Source: Vicinamibacteria bacterium (GTDB lineage: Bacteria > Acidobacteriota > Vicinamibacteria > Marinacidobacterales > Marinacidobacteraceae). From it: DNA of 64,000 nucleotides. How positions within the stretch are numbered: position 1 is the stretch's first letter; every line of letters begins with the position of its first letter. The position numbers were made by a program, and so were the translations under genes. Shown here piece after piece: positions 9,604 through 19,911 of the stretch. The notes under the pieces are model-generated. The model did not search any database, was not told the origin of the DNA, and saw only the letters and a list, made by a program, of their open reading frames with translations. The stretch covers positions 320,001-384,000 of the forward strand of contig OZ219816.1 in NCBI GenBank assembly GCA_964291235.2. Reading direction: 5' to 3'.

Positions 9604-10058
9604 GGGCGTTTCCTGAAGGATGGGGGGCGTCTTCGCCACGGAGGGGGTCTTTCGATTGGCTGAATCGGCGGGCGCCGCACCGTCTGGGTGCGGGACCGGG
9701 ATAGGCAGTGGATCGATGAAGGGGATCGATGATTTGACAGCCCCGGAAAACGGGCGGCTCCGGCGCTGGCGAGGGTCGCCGGGCGGCAAACCTCAACGGC
9801 GAAAACGGACCAGCGCACCAGAAGGCGCACGGAACCGGGTCCGCCGATCCATTGATCGGAATCCCGGGGATCGGAGTCCCGGGAACGCCGACCGTTATTG
9901 GCGGAGCAAGACCGCCATCGGTTGAGGCCGGGTCACTCTGGGTGGGGAACGCACCGTCAATAGAGCCGCGTCAGCCCCCAACGAATCCGGGACCGAAGTC
10001 TAGCACGCGGCGGCCCGTTCCCCAGGGACGCCGCGCGCAGTCGGGTCCCGGAAAGTCG

Positions 10059-10403
10059 CTATCTGGACTCGATGGAATGGACGGTCACGGTGGTCTGGTC
10101 CTCGCTCAGAACACCCGTGACGGTGACGTCCGTCCCGGCGAACTCCTCGACCTTCTCCTGGTCGTCCACGGCATAGACCGCGTCGTCCGCCGGCACGTAG
10201 AGCTGGAGCGCCGCTCCCATCTCCACGCACGCGATGGCGCATTCCGGATGCGTCATCCCGTCCATCATGTGCTCCTTGCCGCACATCTCGTCCGTGACGT
10301 GCGCCTCCCAGGTCTGTTCTTCCTGCGCAGCGGCGAGTCCGAAGGCGCCCGCCAGCAGGAGCGCCAGAAAGAAAACGGTGGCTACGATTCGAAATGGGCG
10401 CAT
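10059..10403 (-). CDS. Small secreted Cys/His/Met-containing hypothetical protein
   Basis: Signal peptide; VTDEMCGKEHMM...ECAIACVEMG; OB-fold-like C-terminus (VTVTG..VTVHSI). Confidence 0.75.
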   Translation of the reverse strand: MRPFRIVATVFFLALLLAGAFGLAAAQEEQTWEAHVTDEMCGKEHMMDGMTHPECAIACVEMGAALQLYVPADDAVYAVDDQEKVEEFAGTDVTVTGVLSEDQTTVTVHSIESR

Positions 10404-10503
10404 CAGGACCTCCCGCCGGCCGGCAGGCCGACTGTCGCAAGGCATTGTGGCGCAGGCGAGGCCCCGCCGACCACCGGGACGGCCAGTATGCTCCCCGCCG
10501 TCC

Positions 10504-11865
10504 ATGGGGAAGGCGCCCACCAAACCGGTCAGCGGAATGCGGGATCACCTTCCCGCGGCGGCGCTGAAGCGCCGCGAGGCGTTTCGCCGGGTCGAGGACG
10601 CGTTTGCGGCGCACGGCTTCGTTCCGCTGGAAACGCCGGCCATGGAACGTCTCTCCACCCTCCTCGGGAAGTACGGCGAAGAGGGCGATCAACTCATCTA
10701 TCGCGTGCTCCACCGGGGCGAGCGGCTCACCCGCGCGTTGAACCGGGAGCCGGTGGAACCCGGGGAACTGTCCGAACTGGGCCTGCGTTACGACCTCACG
10801 GTGCCGCTCGCCCGGGTCACCGCCGAGTACCGGGCGGAACTGCCCGCCGTGTTCCGCCGCTACCAGATCCAGTCGGTGTGGCGGGCGGACCGCGCCCAGC
10901 GCGGACGGTTCCGCGAGTTCACCCAGTGCGACGCGGACATCGTGGGGAGCAGCTCCCTGGTCGCCGATGCGGAGGCGCTGGTGGTTCTCCACGCGGCGCT
11001 TGCCGCGCTCGGCTTCTCGGACTTCACCATCCTGCTGAACCACCGGGAGCTCCTCCGGGCGTTGATCGCCACCAGCGGAGTCCCCGCCCACGCCGAGCAG
11101 GACACCCTGGTGGTGCTCGACAAGATCGGCAAGATCGGCCGCGAAGCGGTGGAGCGGGAACTCGGTGGCCTTTCGGAAGTGGGACCTGACCGGGCGCGGG
11201 CGCTTCTGGACCTGGTGCCGGACGATGCCGACGACCGGGAAGGCGACATTGAGCGGCTTCGCCAACTCGGCGAGGCGCTCCCTCCGGGGCCTGGCCGAGG
11301 CGCCGCTGCCGATCTCATCGCGCTGCTCGATGCCCTCGACGGAGCCTTGGGGGAAGCCGCTCCCGTGCGGTTCTCCCCGAGCCTCGCCCGCGGACTCAGC
11401 TACTACACGGGGCCCATTTTCGAGGTGGTAGCAGCCGGCGGCGCCGGTTCGCTCGCGGGGGGAGGCCGCTACGACGGACTGGTGGGGATGTTCAGCGGCA
11501 AGGAGACGCCGGCGGTGGGGTTTTCTCTCGGCATGGAGCGCATCCTGATGCTGCTCGAGGAAACGGGCATCGCCTCCGCCGAAGGCGCGGCGCCTCAAGC
11601 CATGCTCTGCCCGCTTCCGGGAATCGCGGTCCGCGACACTCTCCGGGTCGCCCGTGCGCTCCGCGCCGCCGGCGTCCGACTTGACGTTCAGGTGGATGCG
11701 CTGAAACTCGGAAAACAGCTCGCCCGGGCGGCCGCCGCCGGTATCCCCTTCGCACTCATCCTCGGCCCCGATGAACTCGCGGAAGGACGGTGCACCGTCC
11801 GCAACCTGGAAACCCGGGACCAGCGAACGGTTCCCCTCGCGGACGTTCCGAACAATCTGACGTAG
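10504..11865 (+). CDS. hisS: Histidine--tRNA ligase
   Basis: LRYDLTVPLAR, RGRFREFTQCDADIVG, ARGLSYYTG, GGGRYDGL. Confidence 0.97.
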   Translation: MGKAPTKPVSGMRDHLPAAALKRREAFRRVEDAFAAHGFVPLETPAMERLSTLLGKYGEEGDQLIYRVLHRGERLTRALNREPVEPGELSELGLRYDLTVPLARVTAEYRAELPAVFRRYQIQSVWRADRAQRGRFREFTQCDADIVGSSSLVADAEALVVLHAALAALGFSDFTILLNHRELLRALIATSGVPAHAEQDTLVVLDKIGKIGREAVERELGGLSEVGPDRARALLDLVPDDADDREGDIERLRQLGEALPPGPGRGAAADLIALLDALDGALGEAAPVRFSPSLARGLSYYTGPIFEVVAAGGAGSLAGGGRYDGLVGMFSGKETPAVGFSLGMERILMLLEETGIASAEGAAPQAMLCPLPGIAVRDTLRVARALRAAGVRLDVQVDALKLGKQLARAAAAGIPFALILGPDELAEGRCTVRNLETRDQRTVPLADVPNNLT

Positions 11866-11883
11866 GAGCGCAAGGGAGCGCGA

Positions 11884-12100
11884 GGAGCGCCGGCCTCCGG
11901 CTGGCATCGCCGAGCGAAGCGAGGCGAAACTCCCAGACTCAGTCAGCCTCGACGGCGTCAATCCAAACGGGGACGGCGCGACGCTCTTCGTCCGCCTGAG
12001 TCGCGTCGCGCCACCGAGTTGGGCTGCGGTGCTGCAGGGAAGATCAGCAACGGGAGTTTCGCGGCCTGCGGCCGCGATGCCGGCCGGAGGCCGGCGCTCC
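11884..12100. repeat. 217-bp element with REP-like terminal inverted repeats, copy 1
   Basis: Ends GGAGCGCCGGCCTCCGGCTGGCATCGC...GCGAAACTCCC and its inverse GGGAGTTTCGC...GCGATGCCGGCCGGAGGCCGGCGCTCC; internal hairpin GGCGCGACGC...GCGTCGCGCC. Confidence 0.85.
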
Positions 12101-12156
12101 TATGCGGAGGGGTGACGATGCGCCGTCCCCGCTTGGGCCGCCGTCACCGAGGACCA

Positions 12157-12373
12157 GGAGCGCCAGCCTCCGGCTGGCATCGCCGAGCAACGCGAGGCGA
12201 AACTCCCAGACTCAGTCAGCGTCGACGGCGTCAACCCAAACGGCGACGGCGCGACGCTCTTCGGCGGCCTGAGTCGCGTCGCGCCACGGAGTTGGGCTGC
12301 AGTGCTGCAGGGCACATCGGCGACGGGAGTTTCGCGGCCTGCGGCCGCGATGCCGGCCGGAGGCCGCCGCTCC
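12157..12373. repeat. 217-bp element with REP-like terminal inverted repeats, copy 2
   Basis: Near-identical direct copy of 11884-12100, 56 bp downstream. Confidence 0.85.
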
Positions 12374-12389
12374 GGGCGAGTCGCCGTCG

Positions 12390-12686
12390 TCAGGACACCG
12401 GGGTCAGCAGGATCCGGCTGCGGTCCCGAATTCGCGGGTTGAGGGGATCGGGTGTCCCGGCGCGCGGGTCGGGGACCTTCTCGGCGCGAAAGCGCTTCCC
12501 GGCGGCGAAGTATTCCGGCTCCCGCATCGGGGGAAGGGGCCGCGAGGGATCGCGCTCATAGAGTCCCTCCCGGGTCTCGCGCATCGCTCCGACAAACAGG
12601 ATTTCCCGCCATTTACGCATCGGAACGCTGAAGGCCCCGTGGTCGCCGACCGGCCTCAGGTCGTGGAAGGGGCCAGGGGCAGGCAT
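12390..12686 (-). CDS. Hypothetical protein (~98 aa)
   Basis: MPAPGPFHDLRPV...; fills the gap divergent from the RNA methyltransferase; plausible codon usage. Confidence 0.5.
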   Translation of the reverse strand: MPAPGPFHDLRPVGDHGAFSVPMRKWREILFVGAMRETREGLYERDPSRPLPPMREPEYFAAGKRFRAEKVPDPRAGTPDPLNPRIRDRSRILLTPVS

Positions 12687-12737
12687 CGGAGTCGGCGGAC
12701 GCGTCGTGGGCGCGGCTTCTAGGATAGGCAGCTTCCC

Positions 12738-13466
12738 GTGGCGCACGTACATATCGTTCTCGTCCGACCCCGCCGGCCGGAGAACATCGGTGCGGTAGCC
12801 CGGGTCATCGGCAATACCGGGCTCACCGGATTGCGCCTGGTCGAGCCGGGGGACTGGCGCACGGTCGAGGCCTTCCGCATGGCCTGGCAGGCGGAAGACG
12901 TGCTGGAGAACGCCGGGGTCTTTCCGGCGCTCGCCGAAGCCGTCGGCGGCTGCCGGCTGGTGGCCGGTCTCAGTGGCCGCGGACGAGAGGTGATCCAGCA
13001 CCTCACTCCCCGGGAACTCGCCGGCGAGATCGCCGCGATCGAGAGTGAGGACGAAGTGGCGGTGGTCTTCGGCAACGAGTCGAGCGGCCTGACGCTGGAG
13101 GAGCGCAAGCTCTGCCACCGGCAGGTTCGCATCCCGACCTCTCCCCGCCAGCCCTCGCTGAACCTCGCCCAGGCGGTGATGATCGCGGCCTACGAGATCT
13201 TCGTGGCGAACGGCCCTTCGTCCGAGGATCCCATCCGCAGAGCCACCGCGGAAGAGACCGAGCGCGCGCTGCTCACGCTGCGCGACGCCATGCTGTCGGT
13301 CGGATTCCTCCCCCCCGAGAAACCGGAATCCCGCTTCGCCGAGTGGCGGGAGCTGTTCGGGCGCGCCGGACTCACGGAGCGCGAGACCCGCATGCTCATG
13401 GCCTTCACGCGGCGGGTGAAGGACGCCGGGACGCGGGCGGGCAAGCCACCCGAGCGAAGCGGCTAG
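12738..13466 (+). CDS. TrmJ/LasT family SPOUT RNA methyltransferase
   Basis: IVLVRPRRPENIGAVAR, VFGNESSGL, SLNLAQAV. Confidence 0.9.
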   Translation: MAHVHIVLVRPRRPENIGAVARVIGNTGLTGLRLVEPGDWRTVEAFRMAWQAEDVLENAGVFPALAEAVGGCRLVAGLSGRGREVIQHLTPRELAGEIAAIESEDEVAVVFGNESSGLTLEERKLCHRQVRIPTSPRQPSLNLAQAVMIAAYEIFVANGPSSEDPIRRATAEETERALLTLRDAMLSVGFLPPEKPESRFAEWRELFGRAGLTERETRMLMAFTRRVKDAGTRAGKPPERSG

Positions 13467-13490
13467 CAGCGCGGGAGCGTTCGGCCGGAG

Positions 13491-14156
13491 TCAGAGGTTT
13501 TCCCGGAACAGTCGGATCACGCGGCCCCACGCATCCGCGGACGCCTCGGCGTCGTATGACGGACGGCGGTCATTGAAGAACGCGTGGTCGGTTCCCGGAT
13601 AGGTGTGGAACTCATGGGCGACTTCGGCCCCCGCCAGGGAGGCCGCCAGGGTGTTCACCGCCTCGGCGTTCACGAAGCCGTCGTTCTCGGCGAAGAGCCC
13701 GAGAACCGGACAGCGGATCGCCCCGTAGTCCGGGTGGACGTTCGGGTGAACACCGTAAAAGTCCACGCACGCCCCGATGCGCGGCGACTTGCTGGCGGCA
13801 TAGAGCGCGAGCTGGCCGCCCATGCAAAAGCCCACCACTCCGACGGAATCCCCCGAAGCAACCGTCGCGAGATGATCGGCGGCGCCCCGCAGGTCCTGCT
13901 CGGCTCGGTCCACCTCGAGCGCCATGAACAGTTTTCCGGCCTCGTCCGGGGAGGTGGTCTGCTCACCGTGGAATAGATCCGGAGCCAGCGCCGTGAACCC
14001 GGCCTCGGCGAAACGGTCCGCGACCTCCTTGATGTGGCCGACGAGACCCCACCACTCCTGGATCACCAAGACCCCCGGCCCCGGCCGGTCCGGCACCGCC
14101 AGGTAACCGTCGGCGGCCCCGCCGTTCGCCGCAAAAGAAACCATTTCACTGCGCAT
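13491..14156 (-). CDS. Dienelactone hydrolase family protein
   Basis: VIQEWWGL, GFCMGG, HAFFND. Confidence 0.93.
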   Translation of the reverse strand: MRSEMVSFAANGGAADGYLAVPDRPGPGVLVIQEWWGLVGHIKEVADRFAEAGFTALAPDLFHGEQTTSPDEAGKLFMALEVDRAEQDLRGAADHLATVASGDSVGVVGFCMGGQLALYAASKSPRIGACVDFYGVHPNVHPDYGAIRCPVLGLFAENDGFVNAEAVNTLAASLAGAEVAHEFHTYPGTDHAFFNDRRPSYDAEASADAWGRVIRLFRENL

Positions 14157-14276
14157 TCGGACCCTCCTGGGGGCGGCGATGCTAACAGCGCCAATCTACG
14201 AAAATCCTTCCGGAATGCGGCCTTCCTTTGTTATCTTCGGCCGGCTGCTCCGGTCGGAGCGAAAGGAAGGATGCCG

Positions 14277-15977
14277 ATGAGCCCACTCGTGGCGACGCTC
14301 ATCTGCTTCGGGCTCTACTACCTCGGCTACCGCTTCTACGGCCGCCGCATCGGACGCCGCGCCTTCGCGCTGGACGATTCGCGGCCCACCCCGGCGCACG
14401 AGTTCGAGGACGGGCACGACTACGTCCCGACCCGGAAGGCGGTCCTCTTCGGGCATCACTACGCCTCCATCGCGGGCCTCGCCCCGATGCTGGGTCCCGC
14501 CATCGCGGTGATCTGGGGCTGGGTCCCGGCGATGATCTGGGTGGTGCTCGGCACGCTCCTGGTGGGTGCGGTGCACGACTTCTCGGCGCTTTGCCTCAGC
14601 ATCCGGGCGAAGGGAAAGTCCATCGGCCGGATCGCCGAGGACATCATCGGCCGGCGCGCCAAGTACCTCTTCCACGCCCTGATCGTCTTCCTGATCGGGC
14701 TCGCGATGGGGGTCTTCGTCCAGGTCGTCGCGCAGCTCTTCTCGAGCATCTTCTATCCCGAGGCAGTCACCCCGAGCAGCGCGGTGATGGTGCTCGCCAT
14801 CGCCATCGGGTATCTCTCGTACCGCAAGGGCGTGCCGCTCCGGTACCTCGTGCCGGTGGGCGCCGCGCTCCTGTTCTTCAGCATCTGGCTCGGGATGGCG
14901 GTGATTCCGGCTCCGGATCTGTCCACGACAACCTGGAGCTACGTGCTGCTGGGCTATGCGTTCTGCGCGTCGGTGCTGCCGGTCTGGCTGCTGCTCCAGC
15001 CCCGGGACTTCCTGAACTCCATCCTGCTCTACTTGGGGCTCATCGCGATCTTCGTTTCCTTCGTGATTCAGAACCCCGAGTTCGCGGCCCCTGCCTATAA
15101 CCCGCAACCCGCCGACGCGCCGCCTATCTACCCGTTCGTCTTCATCGTCATCGCGTGCGGGGCGGTTTCAGGATTCCACGCCCTCGTGTCGTCGGGAACC
15201 ACCGCGAAACAGCTCAACAAGGAGAGCGACGCTCCGTTCATCGGCTATGGCGGGATGATCGGGGAGAGCCTGCTCGGGCTCTCGGCGGTGCTCGCCTGCA
15301 CCGCCGGCTTCGCGAGCCGCGACTTGTGGCACGAGCACTTCTCCAACTGGAACGCCGCGAACGGCCTCGCCCAGAAGCTCGACGCCTACATCACCGGGGC
15401 CGCCAACTTCATGGTTACCCTGGGGATTCCGGTGGAAGCCGGCAAGGCGTTCATGGCGCTGGTGGCAGTGTCCTTCGCGCTCACCACGCTCGACTCGGCG
15501 ACCCGCATCCTCCGTTACAACATCGAGGAGATCTCGGAGAGCATCAAGACCCCGTTCCTCGGGAACCGGCATGTGGCGTCCTTCCTCGCCGTGGTGATCA
15601 TCGGCTTCTTCGCCCTGATGAAGGTCCCCTCGGGGACTGGGGAAATGGTGCCGGCGGGAACCGCACTCTGGGCTCTGTTCGGAACCACGAACCAGATCAT
15701 GGCCGGACTCACCCTGCTGTCGGTGACCCTCTATCTCTACTTCCGCAAGAAGCCGTTCGCCTTCGCGTTCTTCCCGATGATCTTCATGGTGGCGACCACC
15801 ATCGCCGCGATGCTCTACAACATCCGCAGCTATGCCGAATCCGGCAACATCGTCCTGCTGGTGGTGGGCGGGGCGATCATGTTGCTCGCGTTCGGCCTGG
15901 TCTTCGAGGGGATCCTCCGGTTCACCAGGGGCCGGGAAGCCGCGATGGAAGGCATCCGGCGGGCCTTCGGGGACTGA
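14277..15977 (+). CDS. cstA: Carbon starvation protein A family transporter
   Basis: PTPAHEFEDGHDYVPT, LFGHHYASIAG, LPVWLLLQPRD, ACGAVSGFH. Confidence 0.93.
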   Translation: MSPLVATLICFGLYYLGYRFYGRRIGRRAFALDDSRPTPAHEFEDGHDYVPTRKAVLFGHHYASIAGLAPMLGPAIAVIWGWVPAMIWVVLGTLLVGAVHDFSALCLSIRAKGKSIGRIAEDIIGRRAKYLFHALIVFLIGLAMGVFVQVVAQLFSSIFYPEAVTPSSAVMVLAIAIGYLSYRKGVPLRYLVPVGAALLFFSIWLGMAVIPAPDLSTTTWSYVLLGYAFCASVLPVWLLLQPRDFLNSILLYLGLIAIFVSFVIQNPEFAAPAYNPQPADAPPIYPFVFIVIACGAVSGFHALVSSGTTAKQLNKESDAPFIGYGGMIGESLLGLSAVLACTAGFASRDLWHEHFSNWNAANGLAQKLDAYITGAANFMVTLGIPVEAGKAFMALVAVSFALTTLDSATRILRYNIEEISESIKTPFLGNRHVASFLAVVIIGFFALMKVPSGTGEMVPAGTALWALFGTTNQIMAGLTLLSVTLYLYFRKKPFAFAFFPMIFMVATTIAAMLYNIRSYAESGNIVLLVVGGAIMLLAFGLVFEGILRFTRGREAAMEGIRRAFGD

Positions 15978-15995
15978 CCGCCGGACGAAAGAGGC

Positions 15996-17355
15996 ATGAC
16001 CGTCTACGGGCACAGGTCCCCGAGGACTGTCGTGGCAGCGCTCGCGCCGCGCCTGATCCTTGCCGTGGCGCTCGCCGCCACCGGCGGCCGCGCAAGACCG
16101 GCTCGCGCTGGTCGGCGGCATGCTGCTCGATGGCTATGACGTGCCGCCGCTCCACCACGCGGCGGTGCTGATCGAGGACGACCGGATCGTCGCGGTAGGC
16201 CGCGCCGCGGAGATGGAGATTCCACCGGATGCCGAGGTGGTGGATACCCGCGGGCGGGTGATGATCCCGGGAATGATGGACCTCCACGCCCATCTGGCGG
16301 TCCTCGGGCACGGCGAGTACGGCCGCTGGTTCTCCTGGATCGACGAGGAAGGGGTGGACATCGAGGACGTGATGGAAATCTCGGCGCGGCAGCTCCTGCT
16401 CGCCGGGGTGACGACCGCGGTGGACCTCGGGGCGCCGCTCGAGGCCAGCCTCGCGGTGCGCGACCGGATCGCGAGCGGCGAGGTTCCCGGCGCCCGCCTG
16501 CTCATGGCCGGCCCCTGGATCACCCGCCGGGTGAGCTTCTGGCCGGAGAACTACCAGATCGGCGTGAGTTCGCCCGAGGAGGCGTCGGCCGCGGTCGAGC
16601 GCCTCGCCGAAGCGGGAGTGGACGTGATCAAGGCATGGGTCGGACTCACCCGGGAGGACTACCAGGCGATCGCCGATACCGCGCACCGGCACGGAATCCG
16701 GGTCCACGCCCATGTCTACGACCCGGGCGATGTCCGCAACGCCCTTGAAGCCGGAATCGACGTCCTCACCCACGCGGGCTCGGCAGGGACGCCCCCGTAC
16801 GAACCCGAACTGGTGCGGGACATCGTGGTCGCCGGCCGTCCGGTGGTGATCACCGGCGCCCATCGAGTGTGGGTATTCCCGGCCACCGTGGACTTTCCCG
16901 AGCGCCTCCAGGATCCGCGGCTCCGCGACGACCTGCCGGAAGCGATGTACGCCGAGCTTCAGCAAAGCTTCGAGAACTGGCACACGCTTCCCTACTTCCA
17001 GACGACCGCCCGCCAGATGTTCTTCGGCGACGCTTCCCTCGGACAGTGGATCGAGGCCGGGGCGGTCATGGGCATGGGCACCGACTCCGGAACGCCCATG
17101 AACTTTCATACCGAGGCCCTCTGGCGGGAGCTCAAGGCCCACGTGGACCTGGGGATGACGCCGATGGAGGCCATCGTGGCCGCCACCCGGGTGAACGCCC
17201 GGATTCTCGGTCTGGCCGACGATCTCGGGACCATCGAGGCGGGCAAGATCGCTGACATCGTCGTGCTCCGGGGCGATCCGCGCTTCAGCATCACGGCGTT
17301 GTCCGAACCCGAACTGGTCGTCAAGGACGGCAAGGTGTACCGGCGGGACGACTAG
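15996..17355 (+). CDS. Secreted amidohydrolase family protein (apparent frameshift in signal peptide near 16080)
   Basis: PGMMDLHAH, GTDSG, GTIEAGKIADIVVL. The ATG at 15996 opens a signal peptide (VVAALAPRLILAVALAA) in a different frame from AAAQDRLAL. Confidence 0.85.
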
Positions 17356-17377
17356 CCCGCGGCGCCAGGAGGCCACC

Positions 17378-19234
17378 ATGAATATTTCCTGTTTCCGAAT
17401 CGGCGTCGCGCCGGGACGGCTGTTTTCGCCGGTGCTGGCCATCCTCGTCGGCCTTGCGGCGCCTTCCTTCGCCCAGGAGGCCGCCCACCCGATCCGCATC
17501 GGGGAGATGCGGAGCCAGGACCGCCCGGTGGTTCCGGGAGTCCACGGCCTCGTCACCGCGGGACATCCGCTGGCGACCATGGCCGGCATCCAGACGCTCA
17601 TGAAGGGCGGCAACGCGATCGACGCATCCGTCGCGGTGCTCGCCGTCCTGAACGTCGTCCGCCCCCAGATGTCGGGCGCAGCCGGGAACGGCTTCCTGAC
17701 CTACTTCGACAAGGGTTCCGGCACGGTCCACTCGCTGAGCGCCACCGGGGCGGCGCCCAAGGCGCTCCGCGCCCAGGACCTCTCCCCCGACCAGTTGAAC
17801 AAGGGGATCAACGCCGGGGTGGTGCCAGGACTCTTCGGCGCCTGGATCTCGATGCTCGACCTCCACGGCACCATGACCCTCGAGGAGGTGCTGGGGCCCG
17901 CGATCGACTATGCGAAGAACGGCCATCCCATGGAGGAATCGGTATCGCGGGCGATCGAGGCGTCACGGGAGCACTTCGAGCGTTTCCCGACCAGCGTCCG
18001 CATGTTCATGCCCGAGGGGCGCCCGCCCGAAACCGGCGAGCTCTACAAGATGCCGGATCTCGCGCGGACGCTCGAAAAACTCGTCGAAGCGGAGCAGGCG
18101 GCGCGCCGCGCGGGCAAGGACCGTTCGGAGTCTCTCGATGCCGCTTTCGACCGCTTTTACCGCGGTGACCTCGCCGAGGAGATGGCGCGCTATTACGAGG
18201 AGAACGACGGCCCGTTCACCCTCGAGGACTTCGCCGCCTACGAGCCCATGTGGAAGGAGCCCCTCCACACGAACTACCGCGGCTACGACGTCTATTCCAG
18301 CCCGCCCACCTCGCGGGGCGGGATGGAAGTGCTGATGCAGCTCAACCTGATCGAGGGGTTCGATCTGGCCGATCTCGGCCAGAACTCGGCGGAGACGCTC
18401 CACCTGGTGATCGAGGCGATCAAGGTCGCCAAGTCGGACGTGTACCGCTACGTGGCGGACCAGGCGAAGTTCGAGGTGCCCCTCGAGGGACTGCTTTCCA
18501 AGGAGTACGCCGAAGAGCGGCGCGCGCTCATGAACGAACGCACCGCCGTGGCCTACCCCGCCGGCGGCGTTCCGCCGGGGGCTACGGCGACGGATGCCCC
18601 GCCGGGGGTTCTCTCCTCCGCGGATCCCGCCGCGAGCCGGTCCTTCGCCGGGAGCACGACCAGCTTCTCGGTGGTGGACGCGGCGGGCAACGCGGTGGCG
18701 TGCACTCCCACCCACGGCGGCATGTTCGGCACCGCGGTGGTGGTCGGGAGCACCGGCCTCACCTTCAACAACGGAACCCGTATCGGCTCGACCGCTCCGC
18801 ATCCGGACCACCCCAACTACGCCCGCGGCGGGCAGATACCCATCCTGAACAACTCGCCGATCATCGTCCTCAAGGACGGCGAGTTGATGCTCGCGCTGGG
18901 GACCCCGGGGGGCGAGACCATCGGCCAGACCCAGTTCCAGGTACTCCTGAACATCCTCGATTTCGGGCTGAACATCCAGGAGGCAGTCGCCGCGCCGCGG
19001 CTCAGCGTCTTCGCCGATCCGAACTTCTACACGCCGGGCTCCGACATCCTGGTGCGGGTGGAAAACCGGGTGATGCCGGGCGTGGTCGAGGCGCTCCTCG
19101 GGATGGGCCACCGGGCCGAACTCACCGGCGGCTACGCCCTCGGCAGCAACAACGGCATCCTCATGGATCTCGTCCGGGGCACGATGACGGCAGGCGCCGA
19201 CCCCCGCCGCGCCGCCTACGCCATGGGCTATTGA
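17378..19234 (+). CDS. ggt: Gamma-glutamyltransferase family protein
   Basis: GGNAIDA, TTSFSVVDAAGNAV (catalytic Thr), GTPGG, GADPRR. Confidence 0.92.
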   Translation: MNISCFRIGVAPGRLFSPVLAILVGLAAPSFAQEAAHPIRIGEMRSQDRPVVPGVHGLVTAGHPLATMAGIQTLMKGGNAIDASVAVLAVLNVVRPQMSGAAGNGFLTYFDKGSGTVHSLSATGAAPKALRAQDLSPDQLNKGINAGVVPGLFGAWISMLDLHGTMTLEEVLGPAIDYAKNGHPMEESVSRAIEASREHFERFPTSVRMFMPEGRPPETGELYKMPDLARTLEKLVEAEQAARRAGKDRSESLDAAFDRFYRGDLAEEMARYYEENDGPFTLEDFAAYEPMWKEPLHTNYRGYDVYSSPPTSRGGMEVLMQLNLIEGFDLADLGQNSAETLHLVIEAIKVAKSDVYRYVADQAKFEVPLEGLLSKEYAEERRALMNERTAVAYPAGGVPPGATATDAPPGVLSSADPAASRSFAGSTTSFSVVDAAGNAVACTPTHGGMFGTAVVVGSTGLTFNNGTRIGSTAPHPDHPNYARGGQIPILNNSPIIVLKDGELMLALGTPGGETIGQTQFQVLLNILDFGLNIQEAVAAPRLSVFADPNFYTPGSDILVRVENRVMPGVVEALLGMGHRAELTGGYALGSNNGILMDLVRGTMTAGADPRRAAYAMGY

Positions 19235-19246
19235 TGGTGAGGGCGA

Positions 19247-19848
19247 ACAGGCAAGGGAACGCCGGCCTCCAGGCCGGCACAGCCCGCCGCAGGCGGGCGA
19301 CGGCACGGCACCCCCACCGTCAGGACGATTCCCCTCTCTGCGGAAACCCCACCCGCCTTGGCGGCGCACGGGCACGGGAACGCCGGCCTCCAGGCCGGCA
19401 CAGCCCGCCGCAGGCGGGCGGCGGGACGGTCCCCCCACTGTCAGGATGATTCCCCTCTCGGCGCAAACCCCACCCGCCTTGGCGGCGCACAGGCAAGGGA
19501 ACGCCGGCCTCCAGGCCGGCACAGCCCGCCGCAGGCGGGCGGCGGGACGGTCCCTACACGGTCAGGATGGTCCCCTCTCAGCCGAAACCCCACCCGCCTT
19601 GGCGGCGCACGGGCGCGGGAACGCCGGCCTCCAGGCCGGCACAGCCCGCCGCAGGCGGGCGGCGGGACGGTCCCTACACGGTCAGGATGGTCCCCTCTCA
19701 GCCGAAACCCCACCCGCCTTGGTGTCGCACAGGCAAGGGAACGCCGGCCTCCAGGCCGGCACAGCCCGCCGCAGGCGGGCGGCGGGACGGTCCCTACACT
19801 GTCAAGATGGTCCCCTCTCGGCGGAAACCCCACCCGCCTTGGTGTCGC
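19247..19848 (+). repeat. Tandem array of five ~120-bp REP-like units
   Basis: Each unit carries GGGAACGCCGGCCTCCAGGCCGGCACAGCCCGCCGCAGGCGGGC; period 120-121 bp. Confidence 0.95.
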
Positions 19849-19911
19849 GGCAGACACGGGACCATCCAGACCGGCACCACAGAGCCCGCACCCACGGAGA
19901 CATTTGAGCTC

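Noticed and set aside
19247-19848. CRISPR array (also 25971-26553 and 45575-46315)
   Set aside because: Sequences between the palindromes are homologous rather than unique spacers, the period is 87-121 bp, and no cas genes are present.
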